Of a stretch of DNA of 34,878 nucleotides, positions 9,694 to 19,518 are shown one piece after another. This stretch comes from Chrysochromulina tobinii (lineage: Eukaryota), in assembly GCA_001275005.1 (NCBI GenBank), contig JWZX01003127.1:1-34878 (forward strand). Reading direction: 5' to 3'. Both the position numbers and the translations under genes were made by a program. Position 1 is the first letter of the stretch. Each line of letters opens with the position of its first letter. Below the pieces are notes generated by a model. It did not search any database. It worked only from the letters and a program-made list of their open reading frames with translations, and had not been told where the DNA came from.

Positions 9694-10505
9694 ACTTCAG
9701 CCTGAAGGCGGCACTGAAGTGCGTGCAGGACGGTGTGACAGTGGCGAGCTGGGCCGTGGCGGGATGGGCGTGTGGGTGCCAGACGGGAGGCAGGCTCTAT
9801 GGACGGACCCTTCTCGAGACCCACGTGTCGTGTCGTGTTTCGCACACTGCTCGCAGCGCATGCGGGGCGGGGAGGGGGACAAGTCAGGCCTCATGGGGGC
9901 GCCCGTCGACGCCCGTGTCCAGGAGAATGTTCAATGACGGCGCGGCGTGGGCGCGGGCATGATTGTCGCGTGTGTTCCTGTACCCCGCAGTGCGATTCCC
10001 GGAAATGATTATCTAGGAATTATTTTGCCCATCCCGGATCCCGCCGTGCGGGTACCGGTACGAAGGTGCCGGTGCCTCCCACGCACGCGCCCCATCGCAT
10101 CGTGGCCGAGCCATCGAGCATCGTGTTGCCGGTCCCGCGCCGGTGCGGTGTGCCGTGCAGGGAGGCCACGCCCACGGAGCGGAGTGGCCGCGTCACCGCG
10201 GGACCGGACCCCGCGGCCGCGCGCGCCGCTCCCCCCGCGGGTCGGACCGACGGGTGCCGGGCGCGCGGTGCCGGTGGGGCGGGGCGGACGACCCGGGAAC
10301 GCGGCGACGGGCGTCGGGCGATCCGTATCGCTCGGCGTCACGTAATCTCGTAGCGTAGACTATCGTGTTATCCGCGCGGGTTGGCGAATATCCAATTGCG
10401 AATATCGTCGTCGTTTCAAACCGTAGCCTCAGAAACCACCTTTACACTGAAATCACTTAGTGCCAGCACGCAGCAGCGAGCCGCGCACGAGTACGCGACG
10501 CGACG

Positions 10506-12191
10506 TCAAACATAGCCAATTGAATGCGAGTCGGATGCAAAGTGCTTCACCATGCCAGCCCAGATGGGGCGGCCCCAGCCAGTGGTTGGATCCCAGCCCT
10601 TGGTGGCTGGAAAGCCCGCGGGGCAGCTGGTCTTCGAGTTGCCCTCCGTCACGTCCTCAAACGCCTCGCCTGGGAAGGCCTGGGCAACGGACCAGATGCG
10701 CGGGCCAAGGAAGCCCAAAGGTGCGAGGCCGGCGTTCAAACGCATGTCCACGATCATGGAGAAGAGGCCGGCGAAGGTCGGCGACGACTGCGAGGTGCCC
10801 TCGACAGCCACCGCCGATATGTCCGGATATGCGCGGCCAGAAGCGTTGAACGACGAACTCGCCGGTAGGTCGGCGGTCGTAGTCAGGTAGCGCTCCACAG
10901 TCGCCTGCTGGTGCGCCGGTTGCGCAAACTGCCACGAGAAGCCGCCGCCTGAGCCCGACCACATTTTTGGCTTCTTCGGATCGCCATTCTTCCAATCAGT
11001 CCCGCCCACGCTCACGATGTATGGCGAGGATGTAGGGAACACCGGAAATTGATACTCGCAGCCAATCTGGTTCAGGATCCGAGGCATCTTACCCTCCCCG
11101 TGGAAGGGCCCGAAGGACCAGTGGCTGCCTCCGTCGCCCGACGAGCCGAAGACTGAGGTACCTCGCAGCCCCACCGCCATGAGCGCGGCGTTGATTGCAG
11201 CAGCCTGAGCGGTCGACTGGAACATGCACACCTGGCGCTGGGTCTGCAGGTACGCCTGGCACTCGCTCAACGTCACCTCACCCGTCTCGACCGCCTTCGT
11301 GCAGAGCAGCTCGCACGAGTACGCGGACAGGCTGCCTAGCGAGAGGCTCAGGACGTGGGGCACCGTCTTCCGCGACGCGAGCTCCGTCAGGAAATCGAGG
11401 AACGCAAGGCCGAATCCGTCACCCTCCTCCGTAGACATGGACGTGTTCGTGTTCGAAACGAGCGTGCTGATATTCATGCCAAACGAGGCAATCATCGAGA
11501 TGTCGAGTGAGCCCTCGCCAAAATTGTCGCCGCCTGGCGTGCCGTGGTTTAGAGTGTCAAAGCTGATCTTGTCCAGGTTCATCCCAGGGCATTCGCGCTT
11601 CGCAAAGCTCGCGAGCTCGCTCGGGGAATAGCCGAAGGTACCAGGCCCCCAGACCATCTGCAGCGTCTCCTTGTTGGAAGCGGCCAGATCGATGGGGATG
11701 CCGTATGCCTGCTTCTGATTGGCGACCGAGTAGCCGCCTGGCGCCGCTGCGCGCATCTGTGGGCGCGAGGCGCCAAGCGTTGGCCTATTGAAGTCACGGC
11801 GCGCCACAATGGCGGTGCCAGATGGGCGGCTGGAGCGAGGCAGTCCTCTTGGGCTCCACTTGGCCGCATCGTCCAGAAGCGCGCTTTCATCAAAGCCGGC
11901 CGTGACAAGATGGCGCATCGGCGCGACTGTGATGTTCTTGCCTCCGTGCGCTCTCAGCCACGCGCTCGCTGCTGCCACACTCTCTGCGGTGCCGCCTGCG
12001 AGCGCTGCGATAGTGCTCACATTTTTGCGAAAGCGCAGATACTCGGGATTGCCTGGCGTTGATACGGCCCAAAACAGCCGGTCGAGGCCAGCCGCGTCTA
12101 TGGGTGCCAGGTAGCACGTGAGCTCGAAACGTGCGGCCGCGGCGATTGACACGGCGACGGTGAGGTGAAGAAACAGGGTGGCCCTCTGCAT
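10506..12191 (-). CDS. Sedolisin-family (S53) serine-carboxyl peptidase, tripeptidyl-peptidase I-like, secreted or lysosomal
   Basis: Signal peptide and a pro-domain (AVSTPGNPEYLRF). Catalytic motifs: EGSLD (Glu/Asp), SSGDGG (oxyanion Asp), GTSQSSP (Ser). Also GSGGGFS, RAYPDISA and the Ca-site GWDPTTGWG. Confidence 0.92.
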   Translation of the reverse strand: MQRATLFLHLTVAVSIAAAARFELTCYLAPIDAAGLDRLFWAVSTPGNPEYLRFRKNVSTIAALAGGTAESVAAASAWLRAHGGKNITVAPMRHLVTAGFDESALLDDAAKWSPRGLPRSSRPSGTAIVARRDFNRPTLGASRPQMRAAAPGGYSVANQKQAYGIPIDLAASNKETLQMVWGPGTFGYSPSELASFAKRECPGMNLDKISFDTLNHGTPGGDNFGEGSLDISMIASFGMNISTLVSNTNTSMSTEEGDGFGLAFLDFLTELASRKTVPHVLSLSLGSLSAYSCELLCTKAVETGEVTLSECQAYLQTQRQVCMFQSTAQAAAINAALMAVGLRGTSVFGSSGDGGSHWSFGPFHGEGKMPRILNQIGCEYQFPVFPTSSPYIVSVGGTDWKNGDPKKPKMWSGSGGGFSWQFAQPAHQQATVERYLTTTADLPASSSFNASGRAYPDISAVAVEGTSQSSPTFAGLFSMIVDMRLNAGLAPLGFLGPRIWSVAQAFPGEAFEDVTEGNSKTSCPAGFPATKGWDPTTGWGRPIWAGMVKHFASDSHSIGYV

Positions 12192-12356
12192 GACGATCAG
12201 CGCGTTTCGTCAAGTCAGATTCAGTTTACGGACAGCGAGTTCGCAAGGCGCCTTGTACATTTAGGCACGGTTCCCTCCAGCTCGCCGTACTTATGAGCAT
12301 CCGTTGAATCTCGAGATGTGAATCGCTCGAGACGTGACCCAGCGATCGTCGGAGCA

Positions 12357-12776
12357 ATGCTCGATAGTACGGGCTTGATGATCGTGTTAGTTGGCCTAGC
12401 CGCATTCGGCGTGCGTGTTACGAAAGCCATCATAACTCGACAGAAGATCCGCGCCGCCATCACCGAGCATCACTCAAAAGCGAGTGAAGCGGACGGCCAA
12501 TCATATTACCAACGAGTTCAGGATGCGGTGTCAGCAGTACCTGTGAAGCTGCGCATCGGATTGAGTTTTGGTGCACTGAGCTTCCTGATCGGCCTTGCAC
12601 CCATGGCCCTTCGCAGCGCGTTGCCCGAGGCGCTGATGCCGGAGAATACGCTCGGCCGCACACTGTGGCTCACTGCTAAATGGTGTGTTCTTGGCACTGC
12701 TCTTCAAGCGATGCGAAAGTGGGGCGTGCAGCATTTTAAGGATCAGCGAGCGCGTGCACACGCACACGCATCATGA
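12357..12776 (+). CDS. Small hypothetical membrane protein (~139 aa, about 3 hydrophobic segments)
   Basis: ATG-initiated ORF divergent from the sedolisin gene, with hydrophobic stretches (GLMIVLVGLAAFGV; IGLSFGALSFLIGLA; LWLTAKWCVLG) and an A-rich 3' flank (aaataaa). Confidence 0.55.
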   Translation: MLDSTGLMIVLVGLAAFGVRVTKAIITRQKIRAAITEHHSKASEADGQSYYQRVQDAVSAVPVKLRIGLSFGALSFLIGLAPMALRSALPEALMPENTLGRTLWLTAKWCVLGTALQAMRKWGVQHFKDQRARAHAHAS

Positions 12777-13049
12777 GCTTTACTAAAATAAACAGTGTTT
12801 ACGCTTCCAAGAGACACTACGCGACTCGCGCGTGAGAGGGGTGGCAGGGGCGCCTGGGGGTGGAGGGTGCGGTGCACGCACCGTGTCTCGGTGGCGTGCC
12901 TGCCGCTACCCGCTGCTGAGCCTGAGCGCGGTCGAGTCGGATCGGCGGTATCGCCCACGCGCCACAGGCAGCTCTCAGCCACCCTTCGACAGCCCATGCC
13001 ACGTCGCATTGTGCGGATGGAAGATGGCGCCGGCAAGCATGCGGGGCAT

Positions 13050-14123
13050 TCAATCATCGTGGCCACCGCTCCTGCCCTCATCGATGCCGTCAAGGCCGTG
13101 CAGGTGCTTGAGACCGAGGATGGCCGCCTGACGCGGATTGGCCGTGACTGCTGCAGCCGCGCCGATCGGTTCGCCGCCGGCCACGGCGGCGGGCTGCACG
13201 GTCGGTGACTGCAGACCAGAGCACTCGAGCTTGGCAGAGCTCTGGAGCACGGCCGGGATGCCTGTCGCTAGCCCATCGGGCACGCCGCGCAGCACCGCCG
13301 CCACCTCGTCGCCGGCTGTGGCGGCATCGCCGTTCGCGCCCTCGTCATCGTCGGCGGGTAGCGCCGGCAGCGGCGGAGGCGCCGGCCCGGACAGGGACGC
13401 CGTCCCGTCATCACCGTCTGTGCGACAGGCCATGGCCTCCGTGAGCGCGAGCAGCGAGTCCTGCGCCTGGCGCTTGTGCTTCGAGCGCCGCTTTTTGGCC
13501 GCGGGCGCGTCGTTCTCCCGCACGGCGTGCATCGCGGTGCGCACGTACGTGCGCTTCTCGGGGAAGGGCGGTAGGAAGTCGGGTACGTACACGGGCCGCA
13601 CCTCCTCGTGCTTGGGCGTCGGTGGTGGCGGCGGCGCAGCGGCCGCTGCGCCTGCTGCCGACGGCGCGGCGGCGGCGGCGGCGGCGGCGGCGTTTGCGGC
13701 TGCACCCGCCGGGGCAACGGCGGCGTTGGTCGACGTCGCCGGAAGATGAGGCGGCAGCCGTGGTACCGGAAAGGCGGCAAAGTTGCCCGGGAAGGCGACC
13801 TCAGACGCCTCCTCGTTGAGGAAGGCGAGCAGCTCGTGGGGCGGCGCGGCACGCACGGAGTCGAGGCCGACGAGCATGTCCGCGAGATTGGATTCCGCGC
13901 GGCCTGCGTGCTCGGCTGCCAGACGAGAGGCTGTGCCGATGGAGCGCATGTAGCGTGTGAAGATATCGAGCAGCGCCTCGCTCGCCGATCGCTCGATGGC
14001 CTCGTAGCCGCCGGGCGCGCGCACAACACCGCCACCCTCGCCACCGACCGTGCGGCCCACCCGCGCCTCGGACACGATCAGCGCGAGCGCGGTGCGCGCT
14101 GCGGCTGCTGGGTAAGACAGCAT
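13050..14123 (-). CDS. TAF8: TFIID subunit 8 (histone-fold bromodomain-associated domain plus TAF8 C-terminal motif)
   Basis: Histone-fold segment ASEALLDIFTRYMRSIG...AAEHAGRAESNLADMLVGL and the TAF8_C motif PVYVPDFLPPFPEKRTYVRT...KRQAQDSLLAL. The ATG at 14123 is taken as the start. Confidence 0.82.
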   Translation of the reverse strand: MLSYPAAAARTALALIVSEARVGRTVGGEGGGVVRAPGGYEAIERSASEALLDIFTRYMRSIGTASRLAAEHAGRAESNLADMLVGLDSVRAAPPHELLAFLNEEASEVAFPGNFAAFPVPRLPPHLPATSTNAAVAPAGAAANAAAAAAAAAPSAAGAAAAAPPPPPTPKHEEVRPVYVPDFLPPFPEKRTYVRTAMHAVRENDAPAAKKRRSKHKRQAQDSLLALTEAMACRTDGDDGTASLSGPAPPPLPALPADDDEGANGDAATAGDEVAAVLRGVPDGLATGIPAVLQSSAKLECSGLQSPTVQPAAVAGGEPIGAAAAVTANPRQAAILGLKHLHGLDGIDEGRSGGHDD

Positions 14124-14594
14124 GTGCGCAATCGCGCTATAATTGGAAGCTCGCGCTCGCGACTTTTGAGAACCATGAGAAGCAAAAAACAAGCGCACCG
14201 GCGGCTCCTAAAAGTTTTCCCTTTGAGTTCAATCACAGAGTTCTTCACACTCGCGCTTTCTGTGTCTGCGAAGTGCCTAAGAGGGTGCGCTCCCCGAATG
14301 GCTCAGCGGCGCAACTCGTGGCACACGCTGCCGATCCAGGCGCATCACGGCCTCAGACGTCCCTGCAGACCGCACCTCGCCTCGCTGGCTACTTGGCCGC
14401 ACCCCTGCCGGCGCGCTCGCGCCGCGGACACCTGGCTGCTCTGCACTCTCCTTTTCGTGTCTCTGCGACGTGTGATGCATGCCTGCGGGTGCTTGCCTCG
14501 CCTCGGCGCGTCGACGGCTGACGCGCTCGCGCTCGCGGCACGGTTCCCTGCGCAGGTGCCCTAGCCGCCGCCCAACGGAGGCCGCCCGCACGCC

Positions 14595-17102
14595 ATGTCC
14601 ATCCGGCTGCGAGAGCTGATTCGCAATGTTCGTGCTTGCAAGACGCAAGCCGACGAGCGCGCGTGCATCCACAAGGAATGCGCGTCGATCCGCACGGCAT
14701 TCAAGGAGGAGAGCAACGAGCTGCGCCACCGCAACGTGGCCAAGCTCCTCTTCATCCACATGCTGGGCTACCCGACGCATTGGGGGCAGATGGAGTGCCT
14801 GAAGCTGATAGCCGGCAACAAGTTTTTGGAGAAGCGCATCGGCTACCTCGGGCTGATGATTCTGCTCGATGAGCGGCAGGAGGTGCTCATGCTCGTGGAA
14901 AATTCGCTCAAGAACGACCTGCAAGCGCAGAACCAGTACATCGCCGGTCTCGCTTGCTGCTCGATCGGCAACATCTCCTCGGCTGAGATTTGCCGCGACC
15001 TTTCACCCGAGGTTGAGAAGCTCATGGTGGGCTCCAACCCCTTCGTTGCGAAGAAGGCCGCGCTCTGCTCGATCCGCATTCTGCGCAAGTGCCCCGAGCT
15101 CGTGGACACGTACGTCGACCGCGTGGGCACGCTGCTCGGATCGCGCAACCATGCGGTGCTGCTGACGTCGCTGAAACTCATGCGCGAGATGTGTATCATC
15201 GAGCCGGGCATGGTCGACCAGCTGCGGCGGCACACGGCGACGCTGATCGCGGCGCTGAAGAACCTCGTGCTCTCGGGCTATGCCCCCGAGCACGACGTGC
15301 ACGGCATCGTCGATCCCTTCCTGCAGGTCGAGATCCTGCGCATGCTGCGCATCCTTGGCACGCGCCACGCCGAAACCTCGGACCAGATGAACGACATCCT
15401 CGCGCAGGTGGCGACCAACACGGAGAGCGCCAAGAATGCGGGCAACGCGATCCTGTACGAGTGCGTGCTTACGATCATGGCCATCGAGGTCGAGTCGGGC
15501 CTGCGCGTGCTCGCCATTAACATCCTTGGCCGCTTCCTCATCAACCGCGATAACAACATCCGGTACGTGGCCCTCAACACGCTGCACAAGGTCGTGGGAC
15601 AGGACGCGCAGGCGGTGCAGCGACACCGCAACACGATCGTGGACTGCCTCAAGGACAATGACTCGTCCATCCGGCAGCGCGCGCTCGAGCTCGTGTACGC
15701 ACTCGTCAACGAGGCCAACGTCAAGGTGCTCGTCAAGGAGCTGCTCTCGTACCTGATGGCGTGTGACGTGGAGTTCAAGGACGAGCTCACGCAGCGCATC
15801 TGCCACGTCGTCGAGAAGTACGCAACCGACAAGGAGTGGCACGTCGATACGATCATCCAGACACTGCTCGTCTCGACGTCCTTCACCTCGGAGGAGACGG
15901 TCTGCTCGCTGATTGCGCTCATCACGAGCAACCCGGACCTGCAGGCGTACGCGACGCACAAGCTCTGCGCCACGCTCGCCGCGAGGACGACGCAGCCGGT
16001 GCTGCTGCAGTTGGCTGTCTGGTGCGTGGGCGAGTACGGTGAGCTGCTCATCTCGCAGCCGCCCCCCCCCGGCGGCGAGGCGCCGGCCGAGCCACCCGAG
16101 CCAAACACGGTGGTCCAACTGCTCGCCGGCGTGCTGCGCTCCCCCGTCGCCGACATGGTCACCAAAGAGTACACGATCAACGCGCTCATGAAGCTCACGT
16201 CACGCTTCCCGGCTGGCACGCCCGCGCACGCGATGATTCACAAGCAGCTCGCGCACTACTCGACCTCGATGAGCCTCGAGCTGCAGCAGCGCTCTGTCGA
16301 GTACGCCTCGTTGCTCCAGTTGACCTCGATCTGCGGCGACGTGCTCGAGCACATGCCCGCCTTCACTAAGAAGGAGCGCAATCCGAGCAAAAAGGCAGAG
16401 GCCGCCCTCGCCGCCGGCGGCGATGGCAGCGAATCGCCCTCCAAGTCAAGGCCCAAGGCCTCGGTCGCGGCGGCGCCGGCTGCGCCCGCGGCGCCTTCAG
16501 GCGACATGGACCTGCTCGCTGACCTTATGGGCGGCGCTCCCGCTCCTGCAGCTTCCGCGGCTCCGATGGGATTCGCGGCGGCACCTGCGCCGCCGCCTGG
16601 AATGGGCGGCGGCATGGACGACCTCCTCGGTTTGCTCGGTGGCTCGCCCGCGCCGGCGCCCGCGGCGCCCGCGGGTATGGACGCGATGATGGCGATGATG
16701 GGGGGCCCTGCAATGAGCATGGGCGCGGCGCCTGCGGCGCCGCCGGGCAGCTTTCAGGCGTGGTCCAAGGACGGCTTGCAAATCATGTTCATGGCGACCA
16801 AGGATCCGTCCAACCCTTCGGTGACGAGAGTCGAAGCGACGTTCAACAACTCGACGGGTGGTGACATGGAGGGGCTGAACTTCCAGGTGGCGGTGCCCAA
16901 GTACATGCAGCTGCAAATGAAACCCCCAAGCAGCACGGCCGTTACGGCCGGCAGCAGCGGATCGGTCAAGCAGCTCTTCCAATTGGCAAACTCGATGCAC
17001 GGCCAGAAGCCCATCGTCCTGCGCGTCAAGATCGATTACAACACCATGGGAAGGGCTGTCTCCGAGACAGGCCAGGTCGATAACTTCCCGCCCGGCTTTT
17101 GA
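14595..17102 (+). CDS. AP1G1: AP-1 complex subunit gamma (gamma-adaptin)
   Basis: Canonical N-terminus MSIRLRELIRNVRACKTQADER, plus LLFIHMLGYPTHWGQMECLKLIA, NNIRYVALN and ELQQRSVEY. A flexible hinge with DLL motifs precedes a gamma-ear domain (FQVAVPKYMQLQM...NFPPGF). Confidence 0.97.
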   Translation: MSIRLRELIRNVRACKTQADERACIHKECASIRTAFKEESNELRHRNVAKLLFIHMLGYPTHWGQMECLKLIAGNKFLEKRIGYLGLMILLDERQEVLMLVENSLKNDLQAQNQYIAGLACCSIGNISSAEICRDLSPEVEKLMVGSNPFVAKKAALCSIRILRKCPELVDTYVDRVGTLLGSRNHAVLLTSLKLMREMCIIEPGMVDQLRRHTATLIAALKNLVLSGYAPEHDVHGIVDPFLQVEILRMLRILGTRHAETSDQMNDILAQVATNTESAKNAGNAILYECVLTIMAIEVESGLRVLAINILGRFLINRDNNIRYVALNTLHKVVGQDAQAVQRHRNTIVDCLKDNDSSIRQRALELVYALVNEANVKVLVKELLSYLMACDVEFKDELTQRICHVVEKYATDKEWHVDTIIQTLLVSTSFTSEETVCSLIALITSNPDLQAYATHKLCATLAARTTQPVLLQLAVWCVGEYGELLISQPPPPGGEAPAEPPEPNTVVQLLAGVLRSPVADMVTKEYTINALMKLTSRFPAGTPAHAMIHKQLAHYSTSMSLELQQRSVEYASLLQLTSICGDVLEHMPAFTKKERNPSKKAEAALAAGGDGSESPSKSRPKASVAAAPAAPAAPSGDMDLLADLMGGAPAPAASAAPMGFAAAPAPPPGMGGGMDDLLGLLGGSPAPAPAAPAGMDAMMAMMGGPAMSMGAAPAAPPGSFQAWSKDGLQIMFMATKDPSNPSVTRVEATFNNSTGGDMEGLNFQVAVPKYMQLQMKPPSSTAVTAGSSGSVKQLFQLANSMHGQKPIVLRVKIDYNTMGRAVSETGQVDNFPPGF

Positions 17103-17724
17103 GCGGCGGGTGGGCAGCGACCGCGGGCGCTCGCCCGTTGAGGAGGTCAGGCGACGCGGGGAGGGCGAGTGGATGGTGCGCAACATCGGGCTGGCATGAC
17201 GAGCGCGGACGGGATGCTCATGGCAGAGCTGCACGTGCCGCGATTAGGTTTGGTCGAGGCTGGGATGGGATGGACGGGCGTGCGCGTCGTGTGAGCGTTG
17301 TCGGGGTCTCGTTGCGTGCGAGTGAGGCGCGCCGGCGAGTCCGCGTAGAAGCTCCCGCGCATCGAGATCCCGGGCGCGGCCCAGCTGTGCCTGTGGCGGC
17401 CGTTCGACGTTTTGTAGTGTGATATGTATGTGTTGTATTCTCGTGTCCGCTGCGGCCGTTGGTGGTTGCGTGCCCTCCGCGCGTGTGCGATGTGTACGTG
17501 TCGCAGCCACTTGCAATCTTTTTACCTGACATGTTCTTGTATCCCAAGCTCGACACCCAAGACTTCGACCTGGCCCCGGAGCGAAAGCGTCGTGATTGTT
17601 CTTCATGTATTTCTTCACACATGATGAATAGTTGACGCGTTGTGTTGAACACCTCCGACCTCGCTTCTGCATCGGTACGTGATGCGCTCAAGGAGCGCGC
17701 GCGCACGGACCGCGCAAGTGCACA

Positions 17725-18537
17725 ATGCAAGACCCGTATCTCGCCGTCCGCGAGGAGGTGGAGAACTCGGTCCGGGTAGTGGTGGAGCTGCACACAAAAT
17801 GGCTGTCGCTCGACAGCAAGAGTGACAACTTCGAGTGGACGAGCTCTGAGCTGCTCTCCGGCCTGCGTGCCATTGAGTGGGATCTGCAGGACCTGGAGGA
17901 CACGGTGAGCATTGTGGAGGGCAATCGCATCAAATTTCAACTCGACGAAGGAGACATGAACGCGCGCAAGGAGTTCATAGAGACTACGCGAAGGCAGATC
18001 GTCACCATTCGGAACGAGGTGCAGGGCAAGAACAGCGCGCGGTCCGGCTTCAGCACAGGCAAACCACCGGCAAAGGGTGGTTTGCCGAGCATCTCCAAAG
18101 CCAAGGGTTACGGCAAGGTGGGCTCAGACGACCCCCTCCCGCCTGCCGATGATTCGGACGTCGAGCGCGGCGCGCAGCCCTCAGCGCGCAGCCCTCGGTC
18201 TGATGGCGCCGACGAGATCCTCGGTGCAGAGCTTGATGTAGGCACCGAGATGCCGCCACCGCCGGGGCGCCATCGCCAGAAGAAGCAGTGCCTCGCGGCC
18301 TTCGTTGTGCTTCTCGCGATCGGTGGCGCCGCTTCTGCCGCTGCAGGGATGGGCGGAGGTGCCGCTGCCTCGTCACCTGTCTCCCCTCAGCTTGTGTCGT
18401 CGCCACCTGCCGCCGACTTGCCTCACGCTCCCTCGCCATCCTCGCCACCGGTGAGGCGACGGATGGTTGCGACGCCCACCGCGTCATTGCTCTCCGCGAG
18501 GCAACGCGCGCTTCATGAAAGCAGGGCATGGCGCTAG
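17725..18537 (+). CDS. Syntaxin-6/Tlg1 N-terminal-domain protein with one TM segment and no recognisable SNARE motif
   Basis: MQDPYLAVREEVENSV...LRAIEWDLQDLEDTVSIVEGNRIKFQLDEGDMNARKEFI matches the Syntaxin-6_N pattern. The hydrophobic segment is CLAAFVVLLAIGGAA. Confidence 0.8.
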   Translation: MQDPYLAVREEVENSVRVVVELHTKWLSLDSKSDNFEWTSSELLSGLRAIEWDLQDLEDTVSIVEGNRIKFQLDEGDMNARKEFIETTRRQIVTIRNEVQGKNSARSGFSTGKPPAKGGLPSISKAKGYGKVGSDDPLPPADDSDVERGAQPSARSPRSDGADEILGAELDVGTEMPPPPGRHRQKKQCLAAFVVLLAIGGAASAAAGMGGGAAASSPVSPQLVSSPPAADLPHAPSPSSPPVRRRMVATPTASLLSARQRALHESRAWR

Positions 18538-18554
18538 CCGACTCGCCTCTAGAG

Positions 18555-18800
18555 GTGCGCGCGCACACGCACATCTGATGCTGCGAACTTATGCTGCACA
18601 CGCGCGTCACGTCTCTGTGATGAGGAACCGCTTTTGGATCAACCATCCGACTGCACGATTGAAGACAAACGCTCTCACTACCTCCTTCTGAGAGACGACG
18701 CCTACTCGTTTGCTTGGCGAGGCAAGCGTCGCTTGCCATCGGCGCTGACGCTCGCCTAACTTGTCGTGCGCCCCCCTGCTCTCTCGCACCAGTGGCGCAG
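18555..18800 (+). other. Putative 3'-UTR intron hosting the snoRNA
   Basis: Donor AG|GTGCGC at 18555, 17 nt after the stop codon. Branch-like CTAAC at 18756-18760, a pyrimidine-rich tract, and acceptor GCGCAG| at 18800 (alternative CCAG at 18792). Confidence 0.55.
18610..18697 (+). ncRNA. Box C/D snoRNA with two guides complementary to 18S rRNA
   Basis: Terminal stem CGTCTC/GAGACG. C box GTGATGA 18617-18623, D' CCGA 18647-18650, C'-like TTGAAGA 18659-18665, D box CTGA 18688-18691. Guide GGATCAACCA (18636-18645) is complementary to the 18S 5' end UGGUUGAUCC. Guide TCACTACCTCC (18675-18685) is complementary to 18S GGAGGUAGUGA. Confidence 0.82.
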
Positions 18801-19433
18801 GTGTGTGGAGTCGCAGCCGCTGTAGTAGTCTTGCCTGCGTGAGTTCAGCGCCGCGTCCCCAGGCGCTTCTCCTCCTAGATCTGTGAGGTACTGCTCGCAG
18901 AGGGACGCAAAGCCCGCGCTCTGTACGTATATAGCTCGTGGTCGCGGAAGTACGCACCGTGCTGATCCCGCGTACATCGGTCTTCGCGTTGGCGGGAAAG
19001 AGCGGACAAAGAGAAGACAAAGAGTACTCCAAAACATGTGTACAACCCGGGGCCCCTATAAGCTAATAGTTAATCGGACAAAATCAGGCGTGTGGTGGCG
19101 GAATGTGCTATGCGTCCGGTCGTCGCACGTCGGCACGGCATGACAACGCAACGACCAACGTCCAACGATGTCGTGCGTAAGCCGTACGCTGGTAATGTGT
19201 GCGCCGGCGGACGCAACCGAAATAACGAATCTCAGTGGAACGGCATCGCGCGCCGATGTAGCGCCGATGCGTGTGCCGGTCCGTCGAAGTCCGTCGTGGC
19301 GCCCCCGCCCGCCGGTGGCCGGGGGTCCGGCGGTCCGACGTCTGGCTCGCGCCGCCGATCCGCATCCGGGGCGCGTGGACGTGCGGCCCGCGCGCCCCGC
19401 GGCCCCCCGCCCCCCCGCGGCCCCGGATCCAAT

Positions 19434-19518
19434 GTGTTGAAACCACCATAGGGTTTACATAGGGTAACTACCTGAGTGATCAAAGTTAACCCTCCCCCTA
19501 TAGGTCGAAATCTTGCGC
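19434..19518. repeat. Dispersed repeat copy B (inverted relative to 3759-3824)
   Basis: GTGTTGAAACCACCATAGGG[TTTACATAGGG]TAACTACCTGAGTG...AACCCTCCCCCTATAGGTCGAAATCTTGCGC. It carries an internal 11-bp duplication relative to copy A. Confidence 0.75.

Noticed and set aside
10386..10393. GAATATCC matching the PHR1 binding site P1BS (GNATATNC)
   Set aside because: It lies between two gene 3' ends rather than in a promoter. A motif with six fixed positions is expected several times by chance in 35 kb, and I saw none in the TPT or MYB-CC promoters.
17621..17720. ATGATGA (C-box-like) upstream of the syntaxin-6-like gene
   Set aside because: No terminal CTGA D box, closing stem or rRNA-complementary guide at a suitable distance.
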